From Bacteroidales bacterium (GTDB lineage: Bacteria; Bacteroidota; Bacteroidia; Bacteroidales; UBA7960), in NCBI GenBank assembly GCA_007125585.1, contig SLCY01000018.1, forward strand, positions 356-64,355: 64,000 nt of DNA, given 5' to 3'. The position numbers and the translations under genes were made by a program. The notes under the pieces are model-generated. The model ran no database searches. It was not told the origin of the DNA and was given only the letters and a program-made list of their open reading frames with translations. Below are positions 37,585-46,531 of the stretch, in pieces; within the stretch, counting starts at the first letter, position 1; each line of letters begins with the position of its first letter.

Positions 37585-39348
37585 TCACGGACGAAGGAAG
37601 GGCATGTCTTTTTCCCGGCCTTGTTTTACCCACTCCTCAGGCTCTAAATGCCAGTTGTTAAGGCTTTCAGGGACATATTCGCCAATTTCCTGGAAGTATT
37701 CAATCATATGACTTCGCAGGTCTTTCTCGGTAGTATACACAATGCGTTCTCCCAGCTCAGCGTGCGGGATACCCGCGCCCTCTGTCAGGTGTCCGCCACC
37801 CCCGCTGCCCCGGTAGGAGTTTATCGCGACACGGTAGATGGCATCCGGGTCAAAGGGGCTGCCGTCTTCCATCCCTTTGATTTGAACACGTGATCCTGCC
37901 AGCTGTGAAACATCCACCACATATTGTATCCCGGCAGCCGAGTCAAAATTATAGGGAGCATTTTGCAAGGCCTGCCATCCGCGACGGTCCGAAGGTACCC
38001 TCCCCAAACTATTCCTGTATAGGTTTAAGAGGTGGTCATCTGCATTCCTCATCTTGTTAAACCACAAACCATAAGAATACTCCATGTGTCCCTGGATCTC
38101 CCTGCCGCTAAGTTCCATCGTGTATAAATAGTTTTCATATTCATACAAACGAAAAAAATCACGCATATAAATGGTCCCTGCATTGATGGTAGCATCCAAG
38201 GCAAGGGGTGCGGTAAAGGAAATATCTGCATCCGTAAGGTCCAGCTGTACCTGATGCACCAGATCAGTAAAAGGGGCGCTTCCAAAAAGGGACTCAATGG
38301 AATGGATGGATGAGGCAATTTTTCCAACCTTCGTGTTGGCGAAGTTCAACACCTCCTCCACATCGCTTTCAAATTTCTGAATAAATGGGTGGCTGGGCAC
38401 GGCCTTTCCCGTGGAGATGATTTCTGCCCGCACATTATCCAGACTGAAGGTTCGCCTGGATGTCCTGGAGAAGACCAGTTCAGCGAGGGCAAGGTTTTCC
38501 GCAAAATGGCCGGGGCCCATCACCAGCACCTCCCCTCCTTCCACATTGATGACGGTTTGTATCCTTCTGCGGTGGTCATGCGAAGAGAAGATCACATCAA
38601 AACCGGGCACATGTTTGGCAATATGGCCGGATGCATGTTCGAGCGGATGGTCGTCCGGATCAGGATCCAATGAACCGAACCCACTGTGAAACAGGCCTAT
38701 GATGGCATCCGGCTGTTCATGCTCCCGTATATGGTCTATCCAATATTCAGCCGCTTCCACCATGTCCTGAAATGCGAGCCCTTCCCATAGGTGGGGTGGC
38801 AGCCAGTTGGGCACACCGGTGGTCGTCAGTCCCAGCACAGCTATACGGACACGCTGGCGCTCAACGACCACGTATGGCTGAAAGTAGGGTTCGCCGGATT
38901 CTTTATCCAGCACATTGGCACCAAGCCAGGGAAAGTCAAACTCCTCCTTCAGCCGGTTGTAAACATCAGGACCCGCCTCAATGTCATGATTGCCAATGGT
39001 CGCGGCATCATACCCCATAAAGTTCATCACACGGCTGAACAGGTTCTTGTCAGTCTCCTGTATAAAGTTGGCGTAATACGCCGCAGGAGTGCCCTGTATC
39101 AGGTCCCCGTTATCCAGAAGGATAAAATTATGGCTTTCGCGCGATCTCAGGGCTTGCAACATGTAATGGACATTGGCCATGGAGGTCCTTGCAGGCCGGT
39201 TTTCTATAAAGTTGTAAGGGAACAGGCGGGCGTGGACGTCGGCGGTGACACCCACCTGGATCTTGATTTCACGGGCCTGGGAATATTCAGGAACAAAAAG
39301 GGCGATCGCCCACAGGGTGATGAAGGAAATCAAACGGATCATGTGCAT
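37585..39348 (-). CDS. Bifunctional metallophosphatase / 5'-nucleotidase (UshA-like), secreted
   Basis: 587 aa with a signal peptide. Calcineurin-like motifs TADVHARL, DNGDLIQGT and GNHDIE, plus a C-terminal 5'-nucleotidase domain. Confidence 0.8.
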   Translation of the reverse strand: MHMIRLISFITLWAIALFVPEYSQAREIKIQVGVTADVHARLFPYNFIENRPARTSMANVHYMLQALRSRESHNFILLDNGDLIQGTPAAYYANFIQETDKNLFSRVMNFMGYDAATIGNHDIEAGPDVYNRLKEEFDFPWLGANVLDKESGEPYFQPYVVVERQRVRIAVLGLTTTGVPNWLPPHLWEGLAFQDMVEAAEYWIDHIREHEQPDAIIGLFHSGFGSLDPDPDDHPLEHASGHIAKHVPGFDVIFSSHDHRRRIQTVINVEGGEVLVMGPGHFAENLALAELVFSRTSRRTFSLDNVRAEIISTGKAVPSHPFIQKFESDVEEVLNFANTKVGKIASSIHSIESLFGSAPFTDLVHQVQLDLTDADISFTAPLALDATINAGTIYMRDFFRLYEYENYLYTMELSGREIQGHMEYSYGLWFNKMRNADDHLLNLYRNSLGRVPSDRRGWQALQNAPYNFDSAAGIQYVVDVSQLAGSRVQIKGMEDGSPFDPDAIYRVAINSYRGSGGGGHLTEGAGIPHAELGERIVYTTEKDLRSHMIEYFQEIGEYVPESLNNWHLEPEEWVKQGREKDMPFLRP

Positions 39349-39384
39349 GGGTTTAACAAGACAGGATTATATTCATTCACTAAT

Positions 39385-39411
39385 AAAAAAAGGCACCTGA
39401 GGCGGGTGCCC
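39385..39411 (-). terminator. Rho-independent terminator of the second sigma-70 gene
   Basis: The minus strand reads GGCACC-cgcctca-GGTGCC followed by TTTTTTT, 21 nt after the stop at 39432. Confidence 0.65.
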
Positions 39412-39431
39412 TTTTACAAAATATTCAGCAA

Positions 39432-40298
39432 CTATTGCCCCAGATAAGCTTTCAGGAGCTTGCTCCGTGACGTATGCTTTAATCTGCGGATCGCTTTTTC
39501 TTTGATCTGCCTTACCCTTTCGCGGGTAAGGTCAAATTTTGCACCAATCTCATCAAGGGTCAGGCCATGGTTCATCCCGATACCAAAATACAGGTTGATC
39601 ACATCCCTTTCTTTATCGGTAAGTGTGGCAAGCGACCGCTGTATCTCCCTGGCCAGCGATTCATGGATCAGGCTGGAGTCAGCATTGGGCGAATCCTGGT
39701 TGATATAGACATCCAGCAGGCTGGCATCTTCTCCCTGCACAAGCGGCGCATCTACCGATACGTGGTGGGTTGATATCCTGAAAGATTCGGTGATCTTGTC
39801 TTCATGGACATCCAAAGCATCTGCAAGCTCTTCGGCAGACGGAGGCCTTTCATACTTTTGTTCCAGCTTGGAGGCTTCTTTCTTGATCTTGTTGAGCGAA
39901 CCCACCTGGTTAAGCGGAAGGCGAACAATGCGCGATTGTTCAGCCAGTGCCTGCAGGATGGATTGCCTGATCCACCAAACAGCATAGGAGATGAACTTAA
40001 ACCCCCGCGTTTCATCAAAACGCTTGGCCGCTTTGATCAAACCCAGGTTGCCTTCATTGATAAGATCAGGAAGACTCAGTCCCTGGTTCTGATACTGTTT
40101 GGCAACAGAAACCACAAAACGAAGGTTGGCCTTGGTCAGTTTCTCCAGCGCCACCTGGTCACCTTGCTTTATACGCTGCGCCAGTAGAACTTCTTCTTCA
40201 GCCGATATCAAAGGGACCTTCCCAATCTCCTGCAAATACTTGTCCAGTGAAGCGGTATCGCGATTGGTTATAGATTTTGAAATCTTAAGTTGTCGCAT
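39432..40298 (-). CDS. RNA polymerase primary-type sigma-70 factor (copy 2, paralogue of 24887..25753)
   Basis: 288 aa. Regions 1.2-2.4 are almost identical to copy 1, and region 4.2 is [24 protein letters not shown]. The middle third is divergent. Confidence 0.85.
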   Translation of the reverse strand: MRQLKISKSITNRDTASLDKYLQEIGKVPLISAEEEVLLAQRIKQGDQVALEKLTKANLRFVVSVAKQYQNQGLSLPDLINEGNLGLIKAAKRFDETRGFKFISYAVWWIRQSILQALAEQSRIVRLPLNQVGSLNKIKKEASKLEQKYERPPSAEELADALDVHEDKITESFRISTHHVSVDAPLVQGEDASLLDVYINQDSPNADSSLIHESLAREIQRSLATLTDKERDVINLYFGIGMNHGLTLDEIGAKFDLTRERVRQIKEKAIRRLKHTSRSKLLKAYLGQ

Positions 40299-40364
40299 AT
40301 GATTTTATAGGGTTTTCCAGCGTTAGGAGGTGTTATTCTTTCTAAACCAGATCGAAAAAGCCCC

Positions 40365-40372
40365 CAAAGGTA
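40365..40372 (-). promoter_or_regulatory. Candidate -7 box (TACCTTTG on minus strand) for sigma-70 copy 2
   Basis: The plus strand reads CAAAGGTA, 67 nt upstream of the ATG at 40298. Confidence 0.4.
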
Positions 40373-40495
40373 CAAAAAAAAATGTTATGAAACAATGTGT
40401 TATATAACTTGGTTTGTGTTAAACACATACAGCTATTCTCTTTCGGTTTCAGTGCTTCGCACCGGGCGTTCTCACCCCTCATCATTCCCGGTGCA

Positions 40496-41986
40496 TCAGT
40501 CAAGGCCCACACCATAGTAAGCACGCCGGCCATCAGGGTAAACACCTTCCAGCAGAACGCCACCACTTTTGCCATCAAGGATGCCGGCAATATCTTCCGG
40601 TGAGTGCACCGGTTCTCCGGCCACATTGGTGATGATAAACCCACGCCGCACGCCTGCGTTGCTGAGCGCACCCCTTGACAGAGCGGTTACCTGCACACCA
40701 TGGTCCAGGTTCAGCTGCTCCAGTGTACCTTCGGGAACCGGTTCAAACCGTGCCCCAAGCATATCGTGCGCTTCGCGCGCATCGCGGGTCACCACAGCCA
40801 CTTCACCATAAATATTTTTCAGGATGGCCCTGGACTCTCTCTCCCTTCCGTTGCGGTAATATCTGACCATCACCTCATCACCGGGCCTTTTGCGACCCAC
40901 CGCTTCAATAAGCTCCGAAGGGTTTCTGATGGCCCGGCCATCAACGGCAATGATCACATCCCCGGCCTTAAGCCCTGCCTCTTCAGCCGCACTGTTCTCT
41001 GCAACATTCTCAACATAAGCACCCTGGATAATTGATAACCCTTTCTCTTCAGCACGCCTGCTGGTAAGCGGCGAGATTGTAACGCCCAGCATGCCTCGCT
41101 GTACCTCACCATACTCCAGCAAATCCTCCACCACCTTTGATGCAATATTTGACGGGATCGCAAAGGAGTAGCCGGCAAAAGAACCGGTAGTGGATGCAAT
41201 GGCCGTATTGATCCCGATGAGCTCCCCGCGGGTATTCACCAGGGCGCCACCACTATTGCCCCGGTTAACAGCAGCATCGGTCTGAATGAATGATTCAATG
41301 GCAATGGTGTCTGTCAGGATATTGATGTTCCGGCCTTTTGCACTGACAATGCCCGCAGTAACGGTTGACTCCAGGTTGAAAGGGTTGCCGATGGCCAATA
41401 CCCACTCCCCGACCCTCAATCCATCCGAGTCGCCAAACGCCAGATATGGGAGATTCTCCTCATCGATCTTCAGCAGTGCAATATCGGTGGTCGGGTCTGC
41501 GCCAACCAGCTGCGCTTCGTATATCCTGTTATCATTCAATGTGACCTCTATCATGATGGCCCCGTCAACCACATGGTTGTTGGTGATGACGTATCCATCA
41601 GAACCCAGGATGACCCCGCTGCCCGAACCCACAACAGGAGGCCGTTCCGGACGGGGCCTGCCCCGCGGACCGAAAAAGAAATCAAAGATGTCGCCATGAC
41701 CGAAAAAATCATCCTGCATGCTGCCCCGGCGCTCAAACTCAGCACGGATATGAACAACAGCATCAACGGTCGTTTCCGAAACGACGGTGAAATCAGGCAG
41801 GCCGGTGAGCACCTCACCCGAATGGTTCACCAGCGACGAAGGTACACGCTCCGAACGGTGAGGAATGGTATGCGAAACAACCACCTCATCCGACTGGGGG
41901 AAAAAATAATGGTTGATCCCTAACGAAGTGACACCCCCTAAAACAGCTACCAGAAAGAAACTGAATAATTTTTTCATAGCAATCAA
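40496..41986 (-). CDS. htrA: Do-family serine endoprotease (HtrA/DegQ) with two PDZ domains
   Basis: 496 aa with a signal/anchor. Catalytic triad contexts TNNHVV, DIALLKI and GNSGGALV. Confidence 0.9.
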   Translation of the reverse strand: MIAMKKLFSFFLVAVLGGVTSLGINHYFFPQSDEVVVSHTIPHRSERVPSSLVNHSGEVLTGLPDFTVVSETTVDAVVHIRAEFERRGSMQDDFFGHGDIFDFFFGPRGRPRPERPPVVGSGSGVILGSDGYVITNNHVVDGAIMIEVTLNDNRIYEAQLVGADPTTDIALLKIDEENLPYLAFGDSDGLRVGEWVLAIGNPFNLESTVTAGIVSAKGRNINILTDTIAIESFIQTDAAVNRGNSGGALVNTRGELIGINTAIASTTGSFAGYSFAIPSNIASKVVEDLLEYGEVQRGMLGVTISPLTSRRAEEKGLSIIQGAYVENVAENSAAEEAGLKAGDVIIAVDGRAIRNPSELIEAVGRKRPGDEVMVRYYRNGRERESRAILKNIYGEVAVVTRDAREAHDMLGARFEPVPEGTLEQLNLDHGVQVTALSRGALSNAGVRRGFIITNVAGEPVHSPEDIAGILDGKSGGVLLEGVYPDGRRAYYGVGLD

Positions 41987-42244
41987 CGGTTCTTGTATTT
42001 AACAATATTTCTAATGTTTTGTTTAATCCCTTTCTTTGACAACAAGACAAATCGTCATTTTATTGTTGCCACATCCATAACGATCAACAAGTATGCCTTA
42101 TGAAGAAAAAAAATTCTTAATAAACCATAAAAAATCTGTACCATTGCGGCAAGCGGAACAACCCGGGTTTTTTCATCAAGAACGAAAAGTCGAAAAAGCA
42201 AACCTGATGTGTCTGTGTGTAATTTCGAACGAAAAAAAATCATG

Positions 42245-42252
42245 TATATTTG
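42245..42252 (+). promoter_or_regulatory. Candidate -7 box (TATATTTG) for dapF
   Basis: Exact TAnnTTTG match, 22 nt upstream of the ATG at 42274. Confidence 0.4.
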
Positions 42253-42273
42253 ATCAATAGAAAATATTCCGCC

Positions 42274-43134
42274 ATGGGGGTCATTTTCCATAAATATCAA
42301 GGAACAGGCAATGATTTCATTTTGATCGATAACCGCACAGGGCACTTCACACCCTCCGGCGATCAACGGCAACAAGTCATTGCCCGTCTCTGCAACCGCC
42401 ATTTTGGCATTGGTGCGGACGGACTTATCCTCCTGGAGGATGATCAGGATGCAGACTTTAAAATGCTCTATTTCAATGCAGATGGCCGGGAAGGCAGCCT
42501 CTGCGGCAATGGCAGCCGCTGTGCCGCCGCCTTTGCCCATAGCACAGGCATTGTAAAACAACCGGACATGCATTTCCGGGCCATCGACGGGGAACATGCC
42601 GCTGAGATCATTTCGCATGAAGGTAACGAATACATGATTAAAGTATGGCTTAACGATGTCCGGCATCCAACCAGAATAAACGCAAACGCTTATGTTGTTC
42701 ACACCGGGTCGCCCCACCTAGTGGTCTTTTCTGATGAAATCAACGGGACAGATGTTTTTTCTGAAGGACAAACAATCAGGAACTCTGACCGATGGGCACC
42801 GGAAGGGATCAATGTCAACTTTGTTAAGATCCATGATCAGAAAAGTTTATCGGTGAGAACCTATGAACGCGGTGTGGAAAACGAGACCCTCTCCTGTGGG
42901 ACAGGTGTAACGGCGGCGGCAATCGCCGCATACACCCACCAGGGTAAAGAGAAGCCATGTACAGAAATGAAGGTCCGGGCTCCCGGCGGGAAACTCTCTG
43001 TGGCATTTACCCCCCCGGAACAAAACAGTGGACCCTTTACCGGTATTCATCTTACAGGCCCCGCAGTTTTTGTCTTCAAAGGCGAAATGATTGATTATTT
43101 TTGTGGTTTGACAAAACATCAAAAGGATAGATGA
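42274..43134 (+). CDS. dapF: Diaminopimelate epimerase
   Basis: Motif GTGNDFILID and the two catalytic Cys contexts LCGNGSRC and LSCGTGVTA. The start is moved from the TTG at 42250 to the ATG at 42274. Confidence 0.9.
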   Translation: MGVIFHKYQGTGNDFILIDNRTGHFTPSGDQRQQVIARLCNRHFGIGADGLILLEDDQDADFKMLYFNADGREGSLCGNGSRCAAAFAHSTGIVKQPDMHFRAIDGEHAAEIISHEGNEYMIKVWLNDVRHPTRINANAYVVHTGSPHLVVFSDEINGTDVFSEGQTIRNSDRWAPEGINVNFVKIHDQKSLSVRTYERGVENETLSCGTGVTAAAIAAYTHQGKEKPCTEMKVRAPGGKLSVAFTPPEQNSGPFTGIHLTGPAVFVFKGEMIDYFCGLTKHQKDR

Positions 43135-43206
43135 CCCAAGACACCAGGAAAAAACATCGCACGCTGGCAGGGGCTGTGTGCCCCGTTGAATAAAAACTGC
43201 TGACGG

Positions 43207-43725
43207 ATGAATATGCTGAAAGGAGAATGGTTAATGCTTCGCCCGGTAGAGATCGGAGACCTGGAGGTGCTGTACAGATGGGAAAATGACCCTGAAAACT
43301 GGGTGCACAGCAACCACCTGAACCCGCTTTCCCGTTTCTTTCTGGAACAATACATCCTCAATGCAGAAAACAACATCTATTCTGACAAACAGTTGCGCTT
43401 AATGGTCGTTGGTCGCGACAAACAGCCTGTGGGTATTATCGACATCTTCGATTTTGACCCGCATCATCGGCGCGCAGCTGTGGGGATCATTATTGACAAG
43501 GATTTTCGGAACAAAGGACATGGAACTGAGGCCCTGCGGCTGGTCATCCAATACGCCAATAAAACACTAAACCTTAAACAGTTGTATTGTGGCATTGGCA
43601 CTGACAATCATGTCAGCCTGAAGTTGTTCAAAAAACAAGGGTTCCGGATCACCGGCACCAGGCTCTCCTGGCGGTTGCACCATGAACAATGGAGAGACGA
43701 ACATTTTTTGCAACTGGTGTTCTAG
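43207..43725 (+). CDS. GNAT family N-acetyltransferase (RimJ/RimL-like)
   Basis: 172 aa. The acetyl-CoA binding core reads VGIIIDKDFRNKGHGTEAL. Confidence 0.8.
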   Translation: MNMLKGEWLMLRPVEIGDLEVLYRWENDPENWVHSNHLNPLSRFFLEQYILNAENNIYSDKQLRLMVVGRDKQPVGIIDIFDFDPHHRRAAVGIIIDKDFRNKGHGTEALRLVIQYANKTLNLKQLYCGIGTDNHVSLKLFKKQGFRITGTRLSWRLHHEQWRDEHFLQLVF

Positions 43726-43834
43726 ACGGTTGCTCCCTGCCACCGGAAAGATAGCACGCCGGAAGCGAAACAGGGCATAGACATTGAAAACAGCCGGTTT
43801 AGCAAAACATCAAAATTCAGAAGTTGCCAAGATC

Positions 43835-44884
43835 ATGAAAAGGGTTAAAAACATACGCATCTTCCTGATCACCCTGGCGGTGGCATTGTTCGCCACGGCT
43901 CTCCCGGCCGGCATTTTCTTATATCTGTATATTTATGGGCCAAATGTTGATCTGGAAGGGCAAGAGAGCATGTATCTGTATATCCCGGCGGGTAGCGAGT
44001 ATGAAGACGTGAAAGACATTCTTCACGAATCAGGCATCGTATCCGGCATGACTACCTTTCACTGGCTGGCCGAAAGAAAAAATTACCCCAATCGTGTCAT
44101 GCCCGGTCGCTATTTAATACACGACGGCATGTGCAATAACAGCCTGATCAACCTTCTCAGGTCAGGAGAACAACACCCTGTGCAGCTAACCTTTACCAAC
44201 ATACGCACCCTTGAGCAACTGGCCTCAGCGGTGGCAGGGCAGCTCGAACTGGATGCACCCGACATCCTGCGCCTGTTAAAGGATCAGGAACTTATGTCGG
44301 ACGCCGGAATGGATACACTGACTGCAGGGCTGTTGTTCATTCCCAACACCTATGAAGTTTACTGGAATACCCCGGCTGATCAACTGTTGAAGAGGATGCA
44401 GCGTGAATACAACGCCTTCTGGAACAAACAACGAAGAGAACGCGCGGCAGAAAACAACCTGTCGCCCCAGGAAGTTGGCATCATGGCATCCATTGTTCAA
44501 AGCGAAACATCCAGGCACGACGAAATGGCCCGTATCGCAGGGGTATACATGAACCGGTTGAAAAAGAACATTCCCCTGCAAGCCGACCCTACCATCATTT
44601 TTGCCCTTGGCGACTTTAGCATCCGGCGGGTGCTGAATCACCACCTGACCATTGATTCACCTTACAACACCTATATGTATGCAGGGCTGCCCCCCGGACC
44701 GATCAACCTGCCGGAACCCCGCACCATAGATGCCGTATTGAACTACGAAAAGCATGAATACCTCTTTTTCAGTGCCAACCCTGACTTCAGCGGCTACCAT
44801 CTCTTCGCAAAAACCTATGCAGAACACCTGGCCAATGCACAACGTTACAGGCAGGCACTGGATGAAATGAATGTCTACAGGTGA
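43835..44884 (+). CDS. mltG: Endolytic murein transglycosylase MltG (YceG family)
   Basis: N-terminal TM (IRIFLITLAVALFATAL). YceG blocks ASIVQSETSRHDEMARIAGVYMNRL and SPYNTYMYAGLPPGPINLP. The start is moved from the TTG at 43784 to the ATG at 43835. Confidence 0.85.
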   Translation: MKRVKNIRIFLITLAVALFATALPAGIFLYLYIYGPNVDLEGQESMYLYIPAGSEYEDVKDILHESGIVSGMTTFHWLAERKNYPNRVMPGRYLIHDGMCNNSLINLLRSGEQHPVQLTFTNIRTLEQLASAVAGQLELDAPDILRLLKDQELMSDAGMDTLTAGLLFIPNTYEVYWNTPADQLLKRMQREYNAFWNKQRRERAAENNLSPQEVGIMASIVQSETSRHDEMARIAGVYMNRLKKNIPLQADPTIIFALGDFSIRRVLNHHLTIDSPYNTYMYAGLPPGPINLPEPRTIDAVLNYEKHEYLFFSANPDFSGYHLFAKTYAEHLANAQRYRQALDEMNVYR

Positions 44885-45083
44885 CAGGGTAAAGTGTTCT
44901 GCTGCCCGCCCGGTGACTGATTCGCCAAGAAAAACAGGACCTTTTGCCGTTGCCCATGACCACAAACAGTAATGCGAGACACTGAAAACAAGACACCAGC
45001 CACAAAACCCCAAAAACAAAAGAAATACACCACACCAATGAAGCGGTAACAAACACCGGAGTTTTAATAAAAAATCGAATGAT

Positions 45084-46493
45084 ATGGGAAAAATAAAATT
45101 TGGCACGGATGGCTGGCGCGCCATCATCGCCAAAGATTTCACGACGGGGAATGTGGCCCGGATAGCTCAGGGGACTGCTGAATGGGCATTACAACAAGAG
45201 GATGCCCCAGCTGTCGTGCTGGGCCATGATTGCCGTTTTGGCGGCGAGCTGTTCGCCGAAACTGTTGCCAAAGTGCTATGCATGAACAAGATCAAGGTGT
45301 ATATGGCCAGCACTTTTGTCACTGCCCCTATGATCAGCATGGGGACCCTGAATACCAGCAGCACGATGGGGGTGTTCATCACGGCCAGCCATAACCCGCC
45401 CCTTTATAACGGGTACAAGTTAAAAGGCAGCTACGGAGGGCCATTGCTTGACCTGCAAATACTGGAGGTAGAAAAAATGATCCCCGGCAGCTATCATGAA
45501 ACCCTTGACAATATCCGCCTTGAAGACCTGCAGAAAAAGGGGCAGTTGGAAACCATTGATCTGGAAACAATGTATTGCGAGTATCTTGAAAAAAAGTTTG
45601 ACCTGGATGCCATCCGCAATTCCAGGATGAACTTTGCCTTTGATGCCATGTATGGTTCCGGACAAAATGTCATGCGGCGACTGTTTCCAGGCATCATGCT
45701 CCTGCACTGCGAACGGCAACCACTGTTCAACGGTATCCCGCCCGAACCATTGGCAAAGAACCTGAAAGCCTTCAGCGAAGCGATCCGGCAGGCAGGTGAT
45801 ATCGATTGCGGACTGGCCGTTGACGGGGATGCCGACAGAACAGCCCTCATGAACCGCCAAGGGGATTATATCGACTCCCATCATGTGATCCTCCTTCTGA
45901 TATATTACCTGCATAAAATAAAGAAAATGAAAGGCAAGGTGGCGACCGGCTTTTCCTCTTCAGTAAAAATCAAAGAATTATGTGAAGCTTTCAACATCCC
46001 GCTCGACATCGTAAAAATCGGATTCAAACATATCTGTGGCCTTATGCTGGAGGAAGAAGTTCTCGTGGGTGGCGAAGAATCAGGAGGCATCGCCGTTGCG
46101 GGCCATATTCCCGAACGTGACGGCATTTTTAACGGACTGCTGATCTGGGAAGCCATGGTGAAAACAGGAAAAACCCTCAATGAGCTGATCAATGAAGTAT
46201 ATTCCATCACAGGCCGCTTTGCCTTTGAACGGGCCGACCTGACCATCGACCCGGAAGACAAGGAACGCATTGTCACCAATTGTAAGAATAACGCTTATGA
46301 TCGTTTTGGAGATTATAAAGTGCAGAGGACCGAAAACCTGGATGGCTACAAATATTATTTTAGTGACAGCCAGTGGCTGATGATCAGGCCTTCAGGTACG
46401 GAACCGGTGCTGCGAACATATGCAGAGGGCACCACACGTGAAGAGGCCCTCGATATTCTTAAAGCAGGCTATCAAACCATTATGAGACAATAA
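45084..46493 (+). CDS. Phosphoglucomutase/phosphomannomutase family protein
   Basis: 469 aa. N-terminal FGTDGWR, phosphoserine loop TASHNP, Mg site DGDADR and sugar loop GGEESGG. Confidence 0.85.
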   Translation: MGKIKFGTDGWRAIIAKDFTTGNVARIAQGTAEWALQQEDAPAVVLGHDCRFGGELFAETVAKVLCMNKIKVYMASTFVTAPMISMGTLNTSSTMGVFITASHNPPLYNGYKLKGSYGGPLLDLQILEVEKMIPGSYHETLDNIRLEDLQKKGQLETIDLETMYCEYLEKKFDLDAIRNSRMNFAFDAMYGSGQNVMRRLFPGIMLLHCERQPLFNGIPPEPLAKNLKAFSEAIRQAGDIDCGLAVDGDADRTALMNRQGDYIDSHHVILLLIYYLHKIKKMKGKVATGFSSSVKIKELCEAFNIPLDIVKIGFKHICGLMLEEEVLVGGEESGGIAVAGHIPERDGIFNGLLIWEAMVKTGKTLNELINEVYSITGRFAFERADLTIDPEDKERIVTNCKNNAYDRFGDYKVQRTENLDGYKYYFSDSQWLMIRPSGTEPVLRTYAEGTTREEALDILKAGYQTIMRQ

Positions 46494-46531
46494 ACCCAAA
46501 TATCAACCTTAACCTTTAAATATATAGAAAA

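Noticed and set aside
42036-42044. TTGACAACA upstream of htrA/dapF, matching a half-site of the 34.4-kb palindromes.
   Set aside because: It is a single 9-mer half-site without an inverted partner. A match of this length is expected by chance about once in a window of this size on two strands.
42055-42717. A 220-aa minus-strand ORF spanning the htrA/dapF spacer and the 5' half of dapF.
   Set aside because: It overlaps dapF, which has both catalytic Cys motifs. Its translation has no recognisable features, and its start would sit inside dapF coding sequence.
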